The position numbers and the translations under genes were made by a program. Source: Oikopleura dioica (taxonomy: Eukaryota > Animalia > Chordata). Taken from it: a stretch of 64,000 nt of DNA. Under the pieces are notes generated by a model that ran no database searches, was not told the DNA's origin, and was given only the letters and a program-made list of their open reading frames with translations. Positions 62,551 to 64,000 of the stretch are shown piece after piece (position 1 is the first letter of the stretch; every line of letters starts with the position of its first letter). Location of the stretch: NCBI GenBank assembly GCA_907165135.1, contig OU015566.1, forward strand, positions 12,772,001 to 12,836,000, in the 5' to 3' direction.

Positions 62551-64000
62551 ATGAAAGTTTCAAAATCAAAAAGTCCAATCTTTTCAACTTCCCTAAAATG
62601 GGCAACGATCCCGATCTTTTTCGCCGTCCTTCTGAGATATGCTCCTGGATATTTTTATGGAAACAAAAGAGTTTTGGAAAAACCGATTGCTTACGAAATT
62701 ATCGACGACTTTCTTTCCGAAAGCGATGTTCTCGATCTCCGAGAATGGGTCTTCAACGAGAGGCGATTCGCGACTGTCATTGATGCTGCTGCAAGAGGTG
62801 TCCAGAGTATCGGAGAGGATGAACCTATCAAACCAGATGGAACCTGCGACGACATGACATTTACTGCTTCTCCTTCTTCGCCAACCTGCAAGTTTACTGG
62901 TCGCTCGGACATAGCCCAGCATTTCGTCAAAACAGGCGGACATCGAGGAATGAAAGAAACTCCAGATAAACTGATCTCTTCAACCCTTTCTTTCATCAAC
63001 TACTACCCGGACAAGGTCAACGACCCTGCAATCAAGAAGCTCTTTGAAAACAAGGAATACTTGGTGAGTAGCTTCACAAATTTCAATTTCACTAATAAAT
63101 TGAATGTAGAAAAAAGTCGGAAACATCTGCCACGATGGTTGGGGAACTCGAGGGCCACGAAAAGAAGGAGACTTCATCTTCCGCCCTACCCAAGTCAACA
63201 TCGTTCTCGTCCCTCCCGGGCAAGATCTGCCTCTTCATCAAGACAACCAGTGGTACTGGGGAATCAATCAACTCAGCCAGCCTGATTGGCTCCTTCACAC
63301 AGTTCAAGAATCCGGGCTCTACAAGGACAAGATGATTCCACAAGCTCAAGGTGAGAAATTTCCCTTAATCCACCCCTAGAATTCTTTCAGGCGTCGCATA
63401 TCTTCACGGGACAAAAGAAAAGCCCTACTATGAAAACGGCGGCGAATACGTCTTCTTCCCTTATGGACCCGGGGCCGACGCGATGGAGCTCAAACCAAAA
63501 CGAGGTCAGGCGATTCTCATGGATGGCGGGCGAATGATTCATGGCGTCGCTAGAACAGCGCCAGGATACCAAGTGGCGGCGATTGATAAGGACGTTTTCA
63601 ATCGAATTGAGTACCAAGGAAACGAAACCTGGTACCTTCTTTCTGACGATGAGCTCATTGATGTCTTCAAAACTTCCGATCTCCGAATGACTTTTGTTTG
63701 GCGAGGACTGTGCTTCCACGATGAAGCGGAAAAGGCGAAATTCGAACAGCATTTGAAAGATGAGGTAGCTTTTCACAAAGAAATAGCTTTTTTTAATCAA
63801 TATTTCAAGGATTACGTTCCACAGTACACTCTCCTCAAACAACTAGAAGAGCACATGCACGAAACGGGTCGACTTCCAAAGTCCAAAAATCTCGAGAACA
63901 TGCCACGAAAAGAGTTCGCCCAGTACTTGTTCAGCAAATACCTCCAGTATCCATTGGATACGATGAATACGGCCTGGTTCCCGATCAACTACTGCGCAGC
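62551..64000 (+). CDS. N-terminally anchored 2-oxoglutarate/Fe(II)-dependent dioxygenase-like protein (3' partial)
   Basis: TM segment WATIPIFFAVLL, jelly-roll motifs VNIVLVPPGQDLPLHQD (HxD), GGEYVFF, AILMDGGRMIHGV (distal His), DLRMTFVWR. Confidence 0.75.

Overview
Compact, intron-rich eukaryotic DNA with introns mostly 35-100 nt, GA/GC/GG-AG splice sites, head-to-tail genes 40-400 nt apart and a connexin. These features point to the larvacean tunicate Oikopleura (dioica-like); the organism is inferred, not database-confirmed. About 25 genes were assembled by hand. Minus-strand housekeeping runs that look like SL-trans-spliced operons are RPL23-UBA52-KLHL20-SRRD-YJU2-orphan-C2H2-Tudor-NUP35 and MRPS22-PP2A-C-(?)-eIF2alpha. 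Other genes are a connexin, SLC35D, an ActRII-like receptor, SLC22, SLC17 and a 2OG-Fe(II) oxygenase. The most striking signal is an ~115-aa, 4-Cys secreted module (RL..I..H ... VFD..xFCKL.GQ...AL.S..R...C ... C-stop). It occurs nine times: five stand-alone small proteins, the C-terminal tag of an alpha-carbonic anhydrase and of two CUB proteins, and one fragment. Seven of the eight intact genes share a positionally fixed CTCF-like motif plus TATA promoter. Mobile DNA includes a 2.9-kb hAT-like element with a 56-bp hairpin array inserted inside a KLHL20 coding exon (possibly spliceable as a new GA-AG intron), two foldback MITEs, a small TA-MITE, and a 1.7-kb non-autonomous LTR element with half-identical, half-diverged LTRs. 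Exon models were read by eye, so boundaries may be off by a few nt.
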